64,000 nucleotides of DNA from Bacteroidales bacterium (GTDB taxonomy: Bacteria > Bacteroidota > Bacteroidia > Bacteroidales > FEN-979). The DNA lies in assembly GCA_038212325.1 (NCBI GenBank), contig JBBQUQ010000002.1, forward strand, positions 1,961 to 65,960. The letters run 5' to 3'. The notes under the pieces are model-generated. The model saw only the letters and a list, made by a program, of their open reading frames with translations. It did no database searches and was not told the origin of the DNA. The first letter of the stretch is position 1. Each line of letters opens with the position of its first letter. The position numbers were made by a program, and so were the translations under genes. Positions 37,874-48,224 of the stretch are shown here, piece after piece.

Positions 37874-40153
37874 TTAAAAACTAAAACTCAGCCCCACGCT
37901 GGGCATCAGTGGCATCTGATCAACACGGGTATAGGAAATCCGGTCGAAATAGAATATGTTCTGCTGGTCCAGTGCATTTGTCACACTCAGGTTGATTTCA
38001 AGTTTGGTTGTTTTTCCGAGAAAGAATATTTTCTTCAGGTTAACGTCAAGCCGGCTGTAATAGGGCAGCCTTCCCTGGTCATAATCACCATATAGAATTC
38101 CCAGCGATCCGTTCTCGGTGGGATAATTGGTGCCCATGTTGGCAAAGTTGATCAGCTCATAAAAGCCTTGCGTTTGGGTAAACGGAAAACCCGAGCCATA
38201 GTTATACCTGAGATCGAATTCCCAGCTGTTTCGTTTTCCCCAGTTGAACGTGGAAACCAGGTTGAGGTTGTGGCGGCGGTCGTATGGAGGAACATAATCG
38301 TAAAAGCCATCGTTGCGGTGAATGAAACCGAGGGAATATGTTACCCATACATGAACTTTTTTCCAGTCGTACTTCACCGAAACATCCATCCCTTCTGCAT
38401 CCCCGGTTTCATAAATGAAATCCTCCTTGTAGTATGCGGGTATGTTGATGTTTTCCTGGGTGTCGTCATAAAGCTTATTCCGGTTCAATGTTGTCAGTAC
38501 CGGGTAGTATTTGTAGTATCCTTCAACGTTAACTGAAAGGTTTGGCATGAGATCCCATTCAAACCCCAGGACAACCTGGTCGCATTTTTGCAACTCATTG
38601 GTCGGGCTGCTGATATAGCCATAAAACAGGTTCACTACATCTTTATCATAGGTTGTACTGATCAGGTTCTGGGAGTATATACCTGCAGCCATCTTCATGC
38701 GGAATTTGGGGGCAACATTGTATTTCATCGACAGGCGGGGTTCAAAGGATGCAGCGGAAATAGAGGCATAATACTGGAACCTGAGGCCGGGCTCGATGAT
38801 GAACTTTCCGGGCATCCATTTGTAATCAACATACAACGAAGCCTCTGTTGAGTTTTGGGTGTATTCGATGTTGCGGTTTAAGCTGTTGTAGAAGTCAAGC
38901 GTGGTTTTAAACCCCGAAATGTCAAGCCCGTATTTCAGTGCATCCCTTCCCAGGAAATAGGTGAAATTCAATCCGCCATTGAATCCATCAATTGAACTCG
39001 ACCTGGGTGATTTGTTAATTTCGTCCAGCACGACATTGTAAGTTGAATAGGCAAAGTTTCCTTCGATCAGTACCGAACTTTTTCCCGGGATTGCCAGGAA
39101 TGTCAAGCCTCCCCCGAATGAATTCCAATGATAATCCTGGAGTACCTGGTAGGTCACTTTGTCAGAAAAATTGAACCCGAAAATATTTACCTTGCTTCCA
39201 TTCGCGGCATTGACTGCGATTTTTCCGTAGATATCGAGGTAATTATACGGAAGCCCGTTTTCGTTGATGTAGGTGTAAAAAATCTTACTCGACTGGGCAA
39301 GGTATGAATTTTTAACAGAAAGCAGGAAGGTAGAGCTTGCACCATCAGGGTCTTTTTGCTTGAAGATCGGCCCCTCCAGCAGCGCCTTGGCCCCGAAAGT
39401 GCTGACATCGAATTTTCCGGCAAAACGGTTTTTATTGCCATCGCGGGTAGTTACATCCATGACCGACGAAAGACGGCCCCCGTATTCGGCGCCGAAGCCG
39501 CCGGTATAAACATTTACATTCTTCAGGATATCCACATCAAAGACAGAGAATAATCCGATGGAGTGAAAAGGGTTATAAACGATCATGCCATCGTAGAGCA
39601 CTTTATTTTGAATAGGAGGGCCGCCCCTGATATACAACTGTCCGCCCTGGTCGCCTGAAAAGATGACGCCGGGCAATACCTGCAGGTATTGCGCCAGGTC
39701 GGGAGTGCCGCCGATGGACGGAATCGATTGAATTTCTTTCGGGGTGATTTTAATTATGCTGGTTTGTGTTTCGCTCACCCTGTCCTGCCGGGCAGCTGAA
39801 ATGCTGACCTCGTCGAGTTGAACGGTAGACTTTGCCAGGTATAATTTCTTAGAAATCACATCGTCAGGTTTGATGGTAATGGGTATCTGCAGCGTGTCAA
39901 ACCCGACATAGGTAACCATCAGGATATACTGTCCGGGAGGGATTTTGGTGATGGCAAAAAAACCGTTGCCATCAGTGGGGGCACCGATGGTTGTTTTGTA
40001 GAGGTATACGTTTGTAAACAGGACCGGTTCACCGGTTTCCTGCTCATACACAAAACCCCTGACCGAGCCATACTGGGCGAAGCCCGGCGAATAAAATAAC
40101 GGGATCATTAATATGGAGAGCAGAAAGGGAAATAACTCTTTTGGCAGCTTCAT
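37874..40153 (-). CDS. TonB-dependent receptor with an N-terminal carboxypeptidase-regulatory-like domain
   Basis: Signal peptide, GSVRGFVYEQETGEPV...GQYILMVTYVGF (CarboxypepD_reg), a plug region (LPGV...GGQLYIRGG) and a C-terminal ...GLSFSF barrel end. Confidence 0.85.
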   Translation of the reverse strand: MKLPKELFPFLLSILMIPLFYSPGFAQYGSVRGFVYEQETGEPVLFTNVYLYKTTIGAPTDGNGFFAITKIPPGQYILMVTYVGFDTLQIPITIKPDDVISKKLYLAKSTVQLDEVSISAARQDRVSETQTSIIKITPKEIQSIPSIGGTPDLAQYLQVLPGVIFSGDQGGQLYIRGGPPIQNKVLYDGMIVYNPFHSIGLFSVFDVDILKNVNVYTGGFGAEYGGRLSSVMDVTTRDGNKNRFAGKFDVSTFGAKALLEGPIFKQKDPDGASSTFLLSVKNSYLAQSSKIFYTYINENGLPYNYLDIYGKIAVNAANGSKVNIFGFNFSDKVTYQVLQDYHWNSFGGGLTFLAIPGKSSVLIEGNFAYSTYNVVLDEINKSPRSSSIDGFNGGLNFTYFLGRDALKYGLDISGFKTTLDFYNSLNRNIEYTQNSTEASLYVDYKWMPGKFIIEPGLRFQYYASISAASFEPRLSMKYNVAPKFRMKMAAGIYSQNLISTTYDKDVVNLFYGYISSPTNELQKCDQVVLGFEWDLMPNLSVNVEGYYKYYPVLTTLNRNKLYDDTQENINIPAYYKEDFIYETGDAEGMDVSVKYDWKKVHVWVTYSLGFIHRNDGFYDYVPPYDRRHNLNLVSTFNWGKRNSWEFDLRYNYGSGFPFTQTQGFYELINFANMGTNYPTENGSLGILYGDYDQGRLPYYSRLDVNLKKIFFLGKTTKLEINLSVTNALDQQNIFYFDRISYTRVDQMPLMPSVGLSFSF

Positions 40154-40186
40154 AACAGGTTCGGACTTGAATCAGATCTAAGAGGG

Positions 40187-40194
40187 CAAAAGTA
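40187..40194 (-). promoter_or_regulatory. candidate -7 box (TACTTTTG on minus strand) for the TonB-dependent receptor
   Basis: CAAAAGTA on the plus strand, 34 nt upstream of the ATG at 40153. Confidence 0.35.
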
Positions 40195-40262
40195 GACATA
40201 ATCATCGGGTAAAAAAAACGAAAACAGCGGGTTCAGCAACCGGGCTGTTTGAAAAAAATTCT

Positions 40263-40270
40263 TATTTTTG
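40263..40270 (+). promoter_or_regulatory. candidate -7 box (TATTTTTG) for iorA
   Basis: Exact TAnnTTTG, 30 nt upstream of the ATG at 40301. Confidence 0.35.
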
Positions 40271-40300
40271 TAAAAGTAGAACTACCTTTTAAAATACGCT

Positions 40301-41908
40301 ATGCAGAAGTTATTGTTATTAGGGGATGAGGCCATTGCACAGGGCGCCCTGGATGCCGGCCTGTCCGGAATCTATGCCTATCCCGGAACTCCTTCCACTG
40401 AAATCACTGAATTTGTCCAGAATTCCAAGTTTGCAGCCGACCACCATATTCACTCGAACTGGTCGACCAATGAAAAAACCGCCATGGAGTCGGCGCTTGG
40501 GATGTCGTATGCCGGAAAACGCACCATGGTATGCATGAAGCATGTGGGTTTGAATGTTGCGGCCGATCCGTTCATCAATTCAGCCATTACGGGAGCCAAT
40601 GGGGGCATGATCGTGGTAGCAGCCGATGATCCGTCGATGCATTCATCGCAGAATGAACAGGATTCGCGTTTTTTTGGAAAATTCGCGCTTGTCCCGATCC
40701 TTGAACCGGCTGATCAGCAGGAGGCTTATGACATGGTTCACTATGGCTTTGATTTTTCCGAAAAATACAGGGTGCCCGTGTTAATGCGCATTACAACCCG
40801 CATGGCCCATTCGCGTTCGGGTGTTGCGAGAGTGCCTGAGGTCAGAAAACAGAATGAATTGAAAATGCCTTCCGACCTGCGCCAGTTTGTCCTTCTGCCA
40901 AACATTGCAAGAAAGCGCTATAAGAACCTTCTCAAGGACCATGCATTCTTCATTACTGAATCGGAATCCTCGCCATTCAACAAATACATCGATGGCCCCG
41001 ACAAGTCGAAAGGGATCATCGTTTGCGGAATTGCCTATAATTACCTGCTCGAAAATTTTTCCGATCGCAAGGTGCCCTATCCTGTGCTGAAGATCGGCCA
41101 GTATCCCATGCCACGCAGCCTGGTTGAAAAAATGGCCGATGATTGCGATGAAATTCTTGTTATCGAAGATGGGTACCCCATTGTGGAGGAATTGCTAAAA
41201 GGCTACCTTGGCCGTGGACTGAAGGTGAAGGGCCGCCTCGACGGTACCCTTCCGCGCGATGGCGAACTGAACCCAAATCTTGTGGCCGTTGCCCTCGGAA
41301 AAGCGGATACTTTCGGATTGCCCGTTCCCGACCTTGTTGTTGGCCGCCCGCCCTCGTTATGCAGCGGCTGTCCGCACATCGACTCCTATTATGCACTGAG
41401 CGAAACGCTAAGTGCCCTGTCCAATGGCAGGGTGTTTTCCGATATTGGCTGTTATACGCTTGGCGCATTAAAGCCATACGAAGCGATCAACTCCTGTGTC
41501 GACATGGGGGCCTCCATCACGATGGCCAAAGGGGCCGCCGATGCCGGGCTGATTCCCGCCGTGGCAGTGATCGGGGATTCCACGTTTACGCATTCGGGAA
41601 TGACCGGCCTGCTCGATGCCATCAATGACAAGTCGCCCATTACGATCATGATCCTTGATAATGGAACGACAGCCATGACAGGCGGGCAGGACTCCCCGGG
41701 ATTTGGGAAAATCGAAGAGATCTGCAAGGGATTGGGTGTAGAGGAAGCGCACATCCGCGTGCTGAAACCCCTGAAAAAATATCATGATGAGAATGTCGCC
41801 ATCATGAAAGAAGAATTAGCCTATCCTGGCGTGTCAGTGATCATTCCCCGCCGCGAGTGCATTGTTGCCATTGACAAGCGCATCCGCGATAAATTCAAGA
41901 ACAAGTAA
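40301..41908 (+). CDS. iorA: indolepyruvate:ferredoxin oxidoreductase alpha subunit (TPP-dependent 2-oxoacid oxidoreductase)
   Basis: LLLGDEAIAQGALDAG...YPGTPSTEI N-terminus and the TPP-binding region GDSTF.HSG...NGTTAMTGGQ. It is paired with an IorB-type gene. Confidence 0.85.
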   Translation: MQKLLLLGDEAIAQGALDAGLSGIYAYPGTPSTEITEFVQNSKFAADHHIHSNWSTNEKTAMESALGMSYAGKRTMVCMKHVGLNVAADPFINSAITGANGGMIVVAADDPSMHSSQNEQDSRFFGKFALVPILEPADQQEAYDMVHYGFDFSEKYRVPVLMRITTRMAHSRSGVARVPEVRKQNELKMPSDLRQFVLLPNIARKRYKNLLKDHAFFITESESSPFNKYIDGPDKSKGIIVCGIAYNYLLENFSDRKVPYPVLKIGQYPMPRSLVEKMADDCDEILVIEDGYPIVEELLKGYLGRGLKVKGRLDGTLPRDGELNPNLVAVALGKADTFGLPVPDLVVGRPPSLCSGCPHIDSYYALSETLSALSNGRVFSDIGCYTLGALKPYEAINSCVDMGASITMAKGAADAGLIPAVAVIGDSTFTHSGMTGLLDAINDKSPITIMILDNGTTAMTGGQDSPGFGKIEEICKGLGVEEAHIRVLKPLKKYHDENVAIMKEELAYPGVSVIIPRRECIVAIDKRIRDKFKNK

Positions 41909-41919
41909 ACACACAACCA

Positions 41920-42501
41920 ATGAAAAGAGATATTATTTTAGCAGGTGTAGGAGGCCAGGGCATTATCTCCATTGCCTCCATCATCGGCTATGCTGCACTT
42001 GAACAGGGCATGTTTTTGAAACAATCGGAAGTTCACGGGATGAGTCAGCGGGGAGGCGATGTGATGTCAAACCTGCGGATTTCGCACCAGGACATTGCCT
42101 CTGACCTGATCCCATTCGGACAGGCAGACATGATCATTTCCATCGAGCCGCTCGAATCGCTCCGTTACCTGCCATATCTTTCGGGCGAAGGCTGGGTCAT
42201 TACCAATACCCGCCCCTTTAACAATATTCCAAATTATCCTGAAATGGATAAAATCATGGCCGAAATAGAGAAGGTGCCTCATCATATAGCATTGGATGCT
42301 GATGCAACGGCCAAAGAGGCAGGTTCGGCCAAAGCCACCAACATTGTAATCTTAGGGGCGGCCGCCCCTTTCCTTGGCATGGCCTATGAAAAGCTTGAAG
42401 ATGCCATTCGATTCATCTTCCGGAAAAAAGGAGATAAAATCATTGACCTGAACCTGACAGCCTTGAAGGCAGGTTTTGATTTCTCAAACCAGCACAAGTG
42501 A
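41920..42501 (+). CDS. iorB: indolepyruvate oxidoreductase beta subunit
   Basis: ILAGVGGQG... and [11 protein letters not shown], typical of the gamma/IorB-type subunit. Confidence 0.85.
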   Translation: MKRDIILAGVGGQGIISIASIIGYAALEQGMFLKQSEVHGMSQRGGDVMSNLRISHQDIASDLIPFGQADMIISIEPLESLRYLPYLSGEGWVITNTRPFNNIPNYPEMDKIMAEIEKVPHHIALDADATAKEAGSAKATNIVILGAAAPFLGMAYEKLEDAIRFIFRKKGDKIIDLNLTALKAGFDFSNQHK

Positions 42502-42512
42502 TTTTTTCTTTG

Positions 42513-42520
42513 TACCTTTG
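42513..42520 (+). promoter_or_regulatory. candidate -7 box (TACCTTTG) for the spt-like gene
   Basis: Exact TAnnTTTG, 34 nt upstream of the ATG at 42554 and just after the iorB stop. Confidence 0.4.
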
Positions 42521-42553
42521 CACGCTTTTTTTATATTACAGAGATTTAAAACA

Positions 42554-43744
42554 ATGAGGATTTTACAGAGGAAATTAGCCCACTACACCGAGCCGCAGAA
42601 AGTTGAGAAAATGGGGATCTATCCGTTCTTCCGGATGATAGAGTCGGACCAGGATACGGTGGTTATGATGAATGGCCGTAAAGTGCTGATGTTCGGCTCA
42701 AACAGTTATCTCGGGCTGACCAACCATCCGAAAATCAAGGAAGCTGCTATTAAGGCGACTGAAAAGTACGGCACAGGCTGTGCAGGTTCCCGCTTTCTCA
42801 ACGGAACACTTGACATTCATATCGAGCTTGAAAACAAGCTGGCTGAATTTGTTGGAAAACAGGCTGCGCTGGTTTACAGCACTGGTTTCCAGGTTAACCT
42901 CGGGGTTATCCCGACCATTACCGGGCGCAATGACTATATCCTGATCGATGAGCTTGATCATGCATCCATAATTGAGGCTACCCGTTTGTCTTTTGCCAAG
43001 GTGCTGAAATTTCGTCACAACGACATGCATTCCCTGGAGTCAGTTCTTAAAAAGTGTGAGCCCGGCAGGATCAAGCTGATTGTGGTAGATGGTGTGTTCA
43101 GCATGGATGGCGATATTGCCAATCTGCCGGAAATAGTTAAACTATCGGAAAAGTATGAAGCGACTATCATGGTCGATGATGCACACGCCATCGGCGTGCT
43201 TGGCAAACATGGCGCCGGTACGGCAAACCATTTTGGCCTGACCAGCAAAGTTGACCTGATCATGGGTACTTTTTCAAAATCCATGGCGGCCCTGGGAGGT
43301 TTTATTGCAAGCGATACTGAAACAATCAATTATATCAAACACCACTCACGCACCCTGATATTCAGCGCATCAGCAACTCCTGCGTCAGCCGCAGCCGTGC
43401 TTGCAGCGCTTGAGATCATGAAAAGCGAGCCTGAACGAATTGAACATCTGTGGGAGGTTACCCATTACGCCATCGAGAATTTCAGAAAACTGGGATTTGA
43501 TATCGGCAACACCGTTACCCCCATCATTCCGTTATACATCCGTGACAACCTCAAAACCCTTACCATTACCCGCATGTTACTGGATGAAGGAATTTTTGTG
43601 AACCCTGTCGTGGCTCCGGCCGTAAGCAAGGACAATACATTGATCCGCTTTTCCCTCATGGCTACTCATACGAAAGAACAAGTTGATATTGCGTTGGAGA
43701 AATTTGAGAAACTGGGGAAGAAGCTCCATATTATCTCAAAATAG
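42554..43744 (+). CDS. spt: alpha-oxoamine synthase, serine palmitoyltransferase-like (Spt, or the closely related cysteate acyltransferase)
   Basis: Whole-length resemblance to Bacteroidota Spt as I remember it: [47 protein letters not shown] and GTFSKS (PLP Lys). ATG at 42554. Confidence 0.8.
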   Translation: MRILQRKLAHYTEPQKVEKMGIYPFFRMIESDQDTVVMMNGRKVLMFGSNSYLGLTNHPKIKEAAIKATEKYGTGCAGSRFLNGTLDIHIELENKLAEFVGKQAALVYSTGFQVNLGVIPTITGRNDYILIDELDHASIIEATRLSFAKVLKFRHNDMHSLESVLKKCEPGRIKLIVVDGVFSMDGDIANLPEIVKLSEKYEATIMVDDAHAIGVLGKHGAGTANHFGLTSKVDLIMGTFSKSMAALGGFIASDTETINYIKHHSRTLIFSASATPASAAAVLAALEIMKSEPERIEHLWEVTHYAIENFRKLGFDIGNTVTPIIPLYIRDNLKTLTITRMLLDEGIFVNPVVAPAVSKDNTLIRFSLMATHTKEQVDIALEKFEKLGKKLHIISK

Positions 43745-43749
43745 TCCTG

Positions 43750-44883
43750 ATGACAAAAACCAACCCGATTGAATTAAAAAAAGTTGCCACCAAAAAGGAT
43801 CTTAAACGGTTCATCGCATTTCAAAATCAACTTTACAAAGGAAATAAATTCTGGTGTCCGCCGATGCGGATGGATGAAATGAACACACTGAGCAGGGATA
43901 AGAACCCTGCTTTTGATTTTTGTGAAGCTGAATTCTGGATCGCTTACCGCGGTAAAGTGATGGTGGGGCGCATTGCCGGCATCATCAACCATAAGGCCAA
44001 TGAACGCTGGAATGAAAGGATGGTGCGTTTCGGTTGGATCGATTTCATCGATGACTCAGAGGTTTCGCAGTTACTGCTCGACACGGTGCAGGAATGGGGC
44101 AGGTCGAAAGGGATGAATGGCATTCATGGGCCCCTTGGTTTTTCCGACATGGACAATGAGGGAATGCTCATCAAGGGTTTTGAAGAACTTGCAACCCTTG
44201 CATCGATTTACAACTATCCCTACTATGTGGGGCACATGGAGAAGATGGGTTTCGAAAAAGCCGCCGACTGGGTGCAGTATGAATTTGAAATTCCCCCTGC
44301 AATACCTGAAAAGGTTGACCGACTAGCTCTGCTCGTACAGGAGAAATATAAGCTCAGGCTGCTTAAAGCAAGGAAGGCAAAAGAGCTGCTGCCCTATGCT
44401 CCGAAAATGTTTCGCACACTTAACGCGGCTTTCAGTGAACTATACGGTTACACTGCCCTGACCCAGAAACAAGTGGACATGTACATCAAAGCCTATTTTG
44501 GCTTTGTCCGTCCTGAATTCATCTCTTTTGTCATCGATGAACACGACGAGGTGGTCGGGTTTGGCGTATCCCTGCCTTCGCTTACCCGGGCCCTTCAGAA
44601 ATGCGATGGTAAATTGTTCCCGTTCGGGTTTCTTTATCTCCTTCGGGCCATGAAAAAGAGCGACACGATCGACATGTACCTGAATGGTGTTCGTCCCGAT
44701 TATCATGCGAAAGGAGTAAATGCACTGTATTACAATGAGATGCACCGGGCATACATCAAGCATGGCATTAAGAAGGCTGTAACCAACCCGCAACTGGAAG
44801 ACAATGCCAAAGCCCTCACCATCTGGAAAAATTTCAATGGAAGGCAGCATTTGACGAGGAGGTGCTGGATAAAACATTTTTAA
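43750..44883 (+). CDS. GNAT-fold N-acyltransferase-like protein, paralog 1 (uncharacterised family)
   Basis: 377 aa. It has a GVRPDYHAKGV motif-A-like segment. By eye, well over half of its positions are identical to the protein at 46049-47197. Confidence 0.6.
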   Translation: MTKTNPIELKKVATKKDLKRFIAFQNQLYKGNKFWCPPMRMDEMNTLSRDKNPAFDFCEAEFWIAYRGKVMVGRIAGIINHKANERWNERMVRFGWIDFIDDSEVSQLLLDTVQEWGRSKGMNGIHGPLGFSDMDNEGMLIKGFEELATLASIYNYPYYVGHMEKMGFEKAADWVQYEFEIPPAIPEKVDRLALLVQEKYKLRLLKARKAKELLPYAPKMFRTLNAAFSELYGYTALTQKQVDMYIKAYFGFVRPEFISFVIDEHDEVVGFGVSLPSLTRALQKCDGKLFPFGFLYLLRAMKKSDTIDMYLNGVRPDYHAKGVNALYYNEMHRAYIKHGIKKAVTNPQLEDNAKALTIWKNFNGRQHLTRRCWIKHF

Positions 44884-44933
44884 TAATGCGAATCAAGGGG
44901 TGAAAATAAATTCATGTAACCACCTTATATAAT

Positions 44934-44947
44934 GGGGCTAAAGCCCC
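44934..44947. repeat. GC-stem hairpin with TAAA loop (GGGGC-TAAA-GCCCC)
   Basis: Read directly. It has the same GCTAAAGC/GCTTTAGC core as the hairpins at 59432-59558. Confidence 0.6.
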
Positions 44948-44985
44948 TGGTCTGACGTTAAAAGGCGACTCTTCATTCACATTAT

Positions 44986-45020
44986 CAAAGTGCAAAGTGC
45001 AAAGTGCAAAGTGCAAAGTG
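44986..45020. repeat. 7-nt tandem repeat, 5 perfect copies (CAAAGTG)
   Basis: Read directly in the intergenic spacer. The track ORF start at 45004 is a GTG inside this array. Confidence 0.95.
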
Positions 45021-45042
45021 GGAATACCGCCAAATGATCGAT

Positions 45043-46047
45043 ATGAAAAATATACTTATCACCGGCGCCAGCGGGTTTATTGGCAGCTTTCTTGTTGAAG
45101 AAGGGCTGAAACAGGATTTTCAGGTTTATGCCGGAGTCCGTAAATCAAGCTCACGTGATTATCTGCAGGATGAACGCATCCGGTTTATTGAATTTGATTT
45201 CTCAACCAAGGAAAAGGTCCTCGAAACTCTGGAGGATTGCAAAAACAAAAATATCCGCTTCCATTACATAGTTCATAACGCAGGGCTTACCAAGGTCAAA
45301 AAAAAGGAGGATTTTTACAATGTAAATTGCCGGAATACCATTCATTTCATTGAGGCACTGATTGAATCGGGGATGGTCCCGGATAAGTTCCTGTTTGTCA
45401 GCAGTCTTGCTGCTTACGGTCCGGGTGATCCGCATACAGGTGAACCGGTGCGCCTTACCCATGAACCTAAACCCATCGAACTTTACGGAAAAAGCAAGCT
45501 TGATGCTGAACGTTATATCACTGGTTTGACTGACTTTCCCTGGCTGATTGTAAGGCCAACCGGTGTTTACGGACCAAAAGAAAAAGATTATTTCGTGTTT
45601 TTCCAGACCATAAACCGGGGCATGGAGCCCTATATCGGTTTCAGGAAACAGGTACTCACCTTCATATATGTACGTGACCTGGTCAGGCTGATATATATTG
45701 CACTTGCTTCGCCACACATAAAAAAAGCCTGGTTTGTGTCGGATGGCAAAGAATATCCATCGGAACTTTTTGCGAAAATTACCAAAAAGGCATTGGGAAA
45801 AAAAACAGTGCGCTTTACCGTTCCGCTTTTTCTTGTCAGGGCAATTGCCACCATCGGCGAGCGTGTAGGCGGATTGTGGGGAACCATTCCTACCTTGAAT
45901 ACCGACAAATATAAGGTTCTGAAATGCACGAACTGGCGTTGTGAATTTGAGCCGCTGGAACAGGATCTTGGCTTTAAAGCTGAATACGACCTGGAAAAGG
46001 GAGTTGCCGAAACGCTTGAATGGTACAAAAAGGAAAAATGGCTCTGA
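45043..46047 (+). CDS. NAD(P)-dependent epimerase/dehydratase-family (extended SDR) reductase
   Basis: ILITGASGFIGSF Rossmann motif and an extended-SDR layout. ATG at 45043. Confidence 0.8.
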   Translation: MKNILITGASGFIGSFLVEEGLKQDFQVYAGVRKSSSRDYLQDERIRFIEFDFSTKEKVLETLEDCKNKNIRFHYIVHNAGLTKVKKKEDFYNVNCRNTIHFIEALIESGMVPDKFLFVSSLAAYGPGDPHTGEPVRLTHEPKPIELYGKSKLDAERYITGLTDFPWLIVRPTGVYGPKEKDYFVFFQTINRGMEPYIGFRKQVLTFIYVRDLVRLIYIALASPHIKKAWFVSDGKEYPSELFAKITKKALGKKTVRFTVPLFLVRAIATIGERVGGLWGTIPTLNTDKYKVLKCTNWRCEFEPLEQDLGFKAEYDLEKGVAETLEWYKKEKWL

Positions 46048-46048
46048 C

Positions 46049-47197
46049 ATGAGTGATATCTCAATAAGGAAAGTTGTTACACACCGGGACCTGAAGAAAT
46101 TCGTTGACTTTCCTTTTCATTTGTTTGAAGGGAACGCATTCTGGGTTCCCCCATTGAAATTTGACGAGATCAATACCCTTCGAAAGGACAAAAACCCGGC
46201 ATTTTCCTACTGCGAAGCGGAATACTGGATAGCCTTTCGCGACGGGGAGCCTGTGGGCAGAATTGCCGGCATCATCAACCATCATGAATGTGAGCATTGG
46301 AACACCCGGCTGGTAAGATTTGGATGGATTGACTTTATCGACGACCCGAAGGTTTCCCGTTTGCTGTTGGAGAACGTCACAGAATGGGGCAGGGGCAAAG
46401 GGATGACCGGGCTTCATGGCCCGTTGGGGTTTACCGACATGGACCCGGAAGGGATGCTCATGGAAGGATTTGACCAGATATCCAGTTTGTCGGCCATCTA
46501 TAATTTCCCCTATTACAAGGATCACATGGAACGACTTGGTTTCAGGAAGTCAACCGACTGGGTTCAGTTTGAGATCAGGATACCTGAAACCAGCCCCGAC
46601 AAGGTTGAGCGTGTGACGGAGATTGTCCTGAGAAAATATGACCTGCACTTGTTAAAGCCCCGTAAAGCAAAGGAAATCAGACCATACGCTGCAAAAATGT
46701 TCACCATGTATAATGAAGCATTCCGCGACATCTATGGTTTTTCCGCGCTGACAAAGGAACAGATGGAAAACTACACGAGGCAGTACTTTGACTTTATCAG
46801 GCCTGAATTTGTATCGTTGGTGCTCGATTCAAACGATGATGTCGTGGGGTTTGGAATTACCATGCCCAGCCTGTCCATTGCACTTCAAAAAGCCAAAGGA
46901 TCCTTGTTCCCTTTTGGGTTCATTCACCTGTTGCGCGCCATGCGTCATAACGACACGATCCATATGTACTTGATCGGCGTACGTCCCGATTACCAGGGAA
47001 AAGGCATATTGGCCCTGGTTTACCATGAACTTGCACGGGCATACATGAAAGCCGGAATAAAGATTGCACGCACCCATCCCCAGCTTGAAGACAACCTGAA
47101 GGCCATCTCTATATGGAAAAACTACGACGCCCGGGTGAATATCAGGCGTCGTTGCTGGATCAGGTCATTTACCCCGGTTGAAAAAAACCAGGCTTAG
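46049..47197 (+). CDS. GNAT-fold N-acyltransferase-like protein, paralog 2
   Basis: The ATG at 46049 follows the SDR stop by 1 nt. It has GVRPDYQGKGI and is collinear with paralog 1 along its full length. Confidence 0.6.
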   Translation: MSDISIRKVVTHRDLKKFVDFPFHLFEGNAFWVPPLKFDEINTLRKDKNPAFSYCEAEYWIAFRDGEPVGRIAGIINHHECEHWNTRLVRFGWIDFIDDPKVSRLLLENVTEWGRGKGMTGLHGPLGFTDMDPEGMLMEGFDQISSLSAIYNFPYYKDHMERLGFRKSTDWVQFEIRIPETSPDKVERVTEIVLRKYDLHLLKPRKAKEIRPYAAKMFTMYNEAFRDIYGFSALTKEQMENYTRQYFDFIRPEFVSLVLDSNDDVVGFGITMPSLSIALQKAKGSLFPFGFIHLLRAMRHNDTIHMYLIGVRPDYQGKGILALVYHELARAYMKAGIKIARTHPQLEDNLKAISIWKNYDARVNIRRRCWIRSFTPVEKNQA

Positions 47198-48036
47198 AGC
47201 CTAAAGGTTATGCCAATATTGATCAAAACGTTGCTGAAGGAGACTGATGTTTTGGCCTCTTTATCCGGGCTTCCATCGGGAATTTCTTCATTTGCATCAA
47301 ATTCCTTCTCATACGTCCACTCTTTTTCATTTGTGGTTGCATCAGGCAATTGATCTACTCCGTCGTAGGTCCATGTCTTTAATTTTCCTTTGGATGGGGA
47401 ATAGGATATTCCATTGAAAACAAGTTCACCATAAAATGCCAGTTTTTCGCTGAGCATAAAAGAGGCACCTCCGGCCGCAGTGAAACCCAATGCAACACCG
47501 CCCGACAGTTTCTGGCTCTGGTCGGAAGTATGTGTAACCTTCAATGATTCGCCACCGGTATATTTATCGGTATAGTTGTCAGTTCGTGTTCCTGAAGGGA
47601 GGACGCCAACGATCATTCCCAATCTTGCATAAGGATTGATCTTTTCGAGCCCGGGTGTGATCACGATTGCCGGAACAATTTGCAGCATCATTCCTGAAAT
47701 CTTTGACTCCTGTGTTCGTTCACCATAAGAGTCAGTTACGGTCTGATTCGTTTTTTTCTTCAGTCCGATGAATTCGTTTACCCCGAGTTCAATTCCGACA
47801 AATTGTGAAAACATGTGTCCGAAAGCCAGGTTAACATTGAAGCCACCACCCAGTCCCATCGATTTTATGGTAATATTGTCGGCACTGGAAGATTCGCTCT
47901 CATCATACCAGGCATAGCCTTGATATTGTTTGAGTCCGACACCTCCTCCGACGCCCAGGCGAAGGTAATTTGATTGTGCATGTACAGTACCCGCCAGCAG
48001 GCAGATAACCACGATCATTCCGTAGATCTTTTTCAT
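47194..48036 (-). CDS. outer-membrane beta-barrel protein (OmpA-barrel/porin-like)
   Basis: Signal peptide MKKIYGMIVVICLLAGTVHAQ, Gly/aromatic-rich strands and a terminal ...NIGITFRL. Confidence 0.7.
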   Translation of the reverse strand: MKKIYGMIVVICLLAGTVHAQSNYLRLGVGGGVGLKQYQGYAWYDESESSSADNITIKSMGLGGGFNVNLAFGHMFSQFVGIELGVNEFIGLKKKTNQTVTDSYGERTQESKISGMMLQIVPAIVITPGLEKINPYARLGMIVGVLPSGTRTDNYTDKYTGGESLKVTHTSDQSQKLSGGVALGFTAAGGASFMLSEKLAFYGELVFNGISYSPSKGKLKTWTYDGVDQLPDATTNEKEWTYEKEFDANEEIPDGSPDKEAKTSVSFSNVLINIGITFRL

Positions 48037-48224
48037 AAGTTTGGTTTTTGTATTGTTAATGATTACAGTTGAATGTGAATCTTGAATAGTAAAAACGTTC
48101 TACAGAATGTGTAATCAACTGAATGATTGTGTTGTATGTTGCGAACATCTCATGGTTGAGCAACCATCCTGTCTGTTTTGACAGGGTAAAGATACGAATA
48201 CCGGGAGAAAAACAAATAAAATAG

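Noticed and set aside
40301-42501. iorAB as part of the downstream lipid cluster (supplying acyl-CoA starters)
   Set aside because: A separate promoter-like box precedes the spt-like gene, and iorAB is a common stand-alone pair. The linkage cannot be supported from sequence alone.
45202-46050. Long antisense shadow ORFs here and elsewhere (45202-46050, 6359-7186, 34662-35372, 56758-57438, 25472-26122, 32269-32937, 45630-46064)
   Set aside because: Each lies entirely opposite a gene with strong family motifs. Their translations are low-complexity or unrecognisable, which is typical of shadow frames in moderate-GC DNA.
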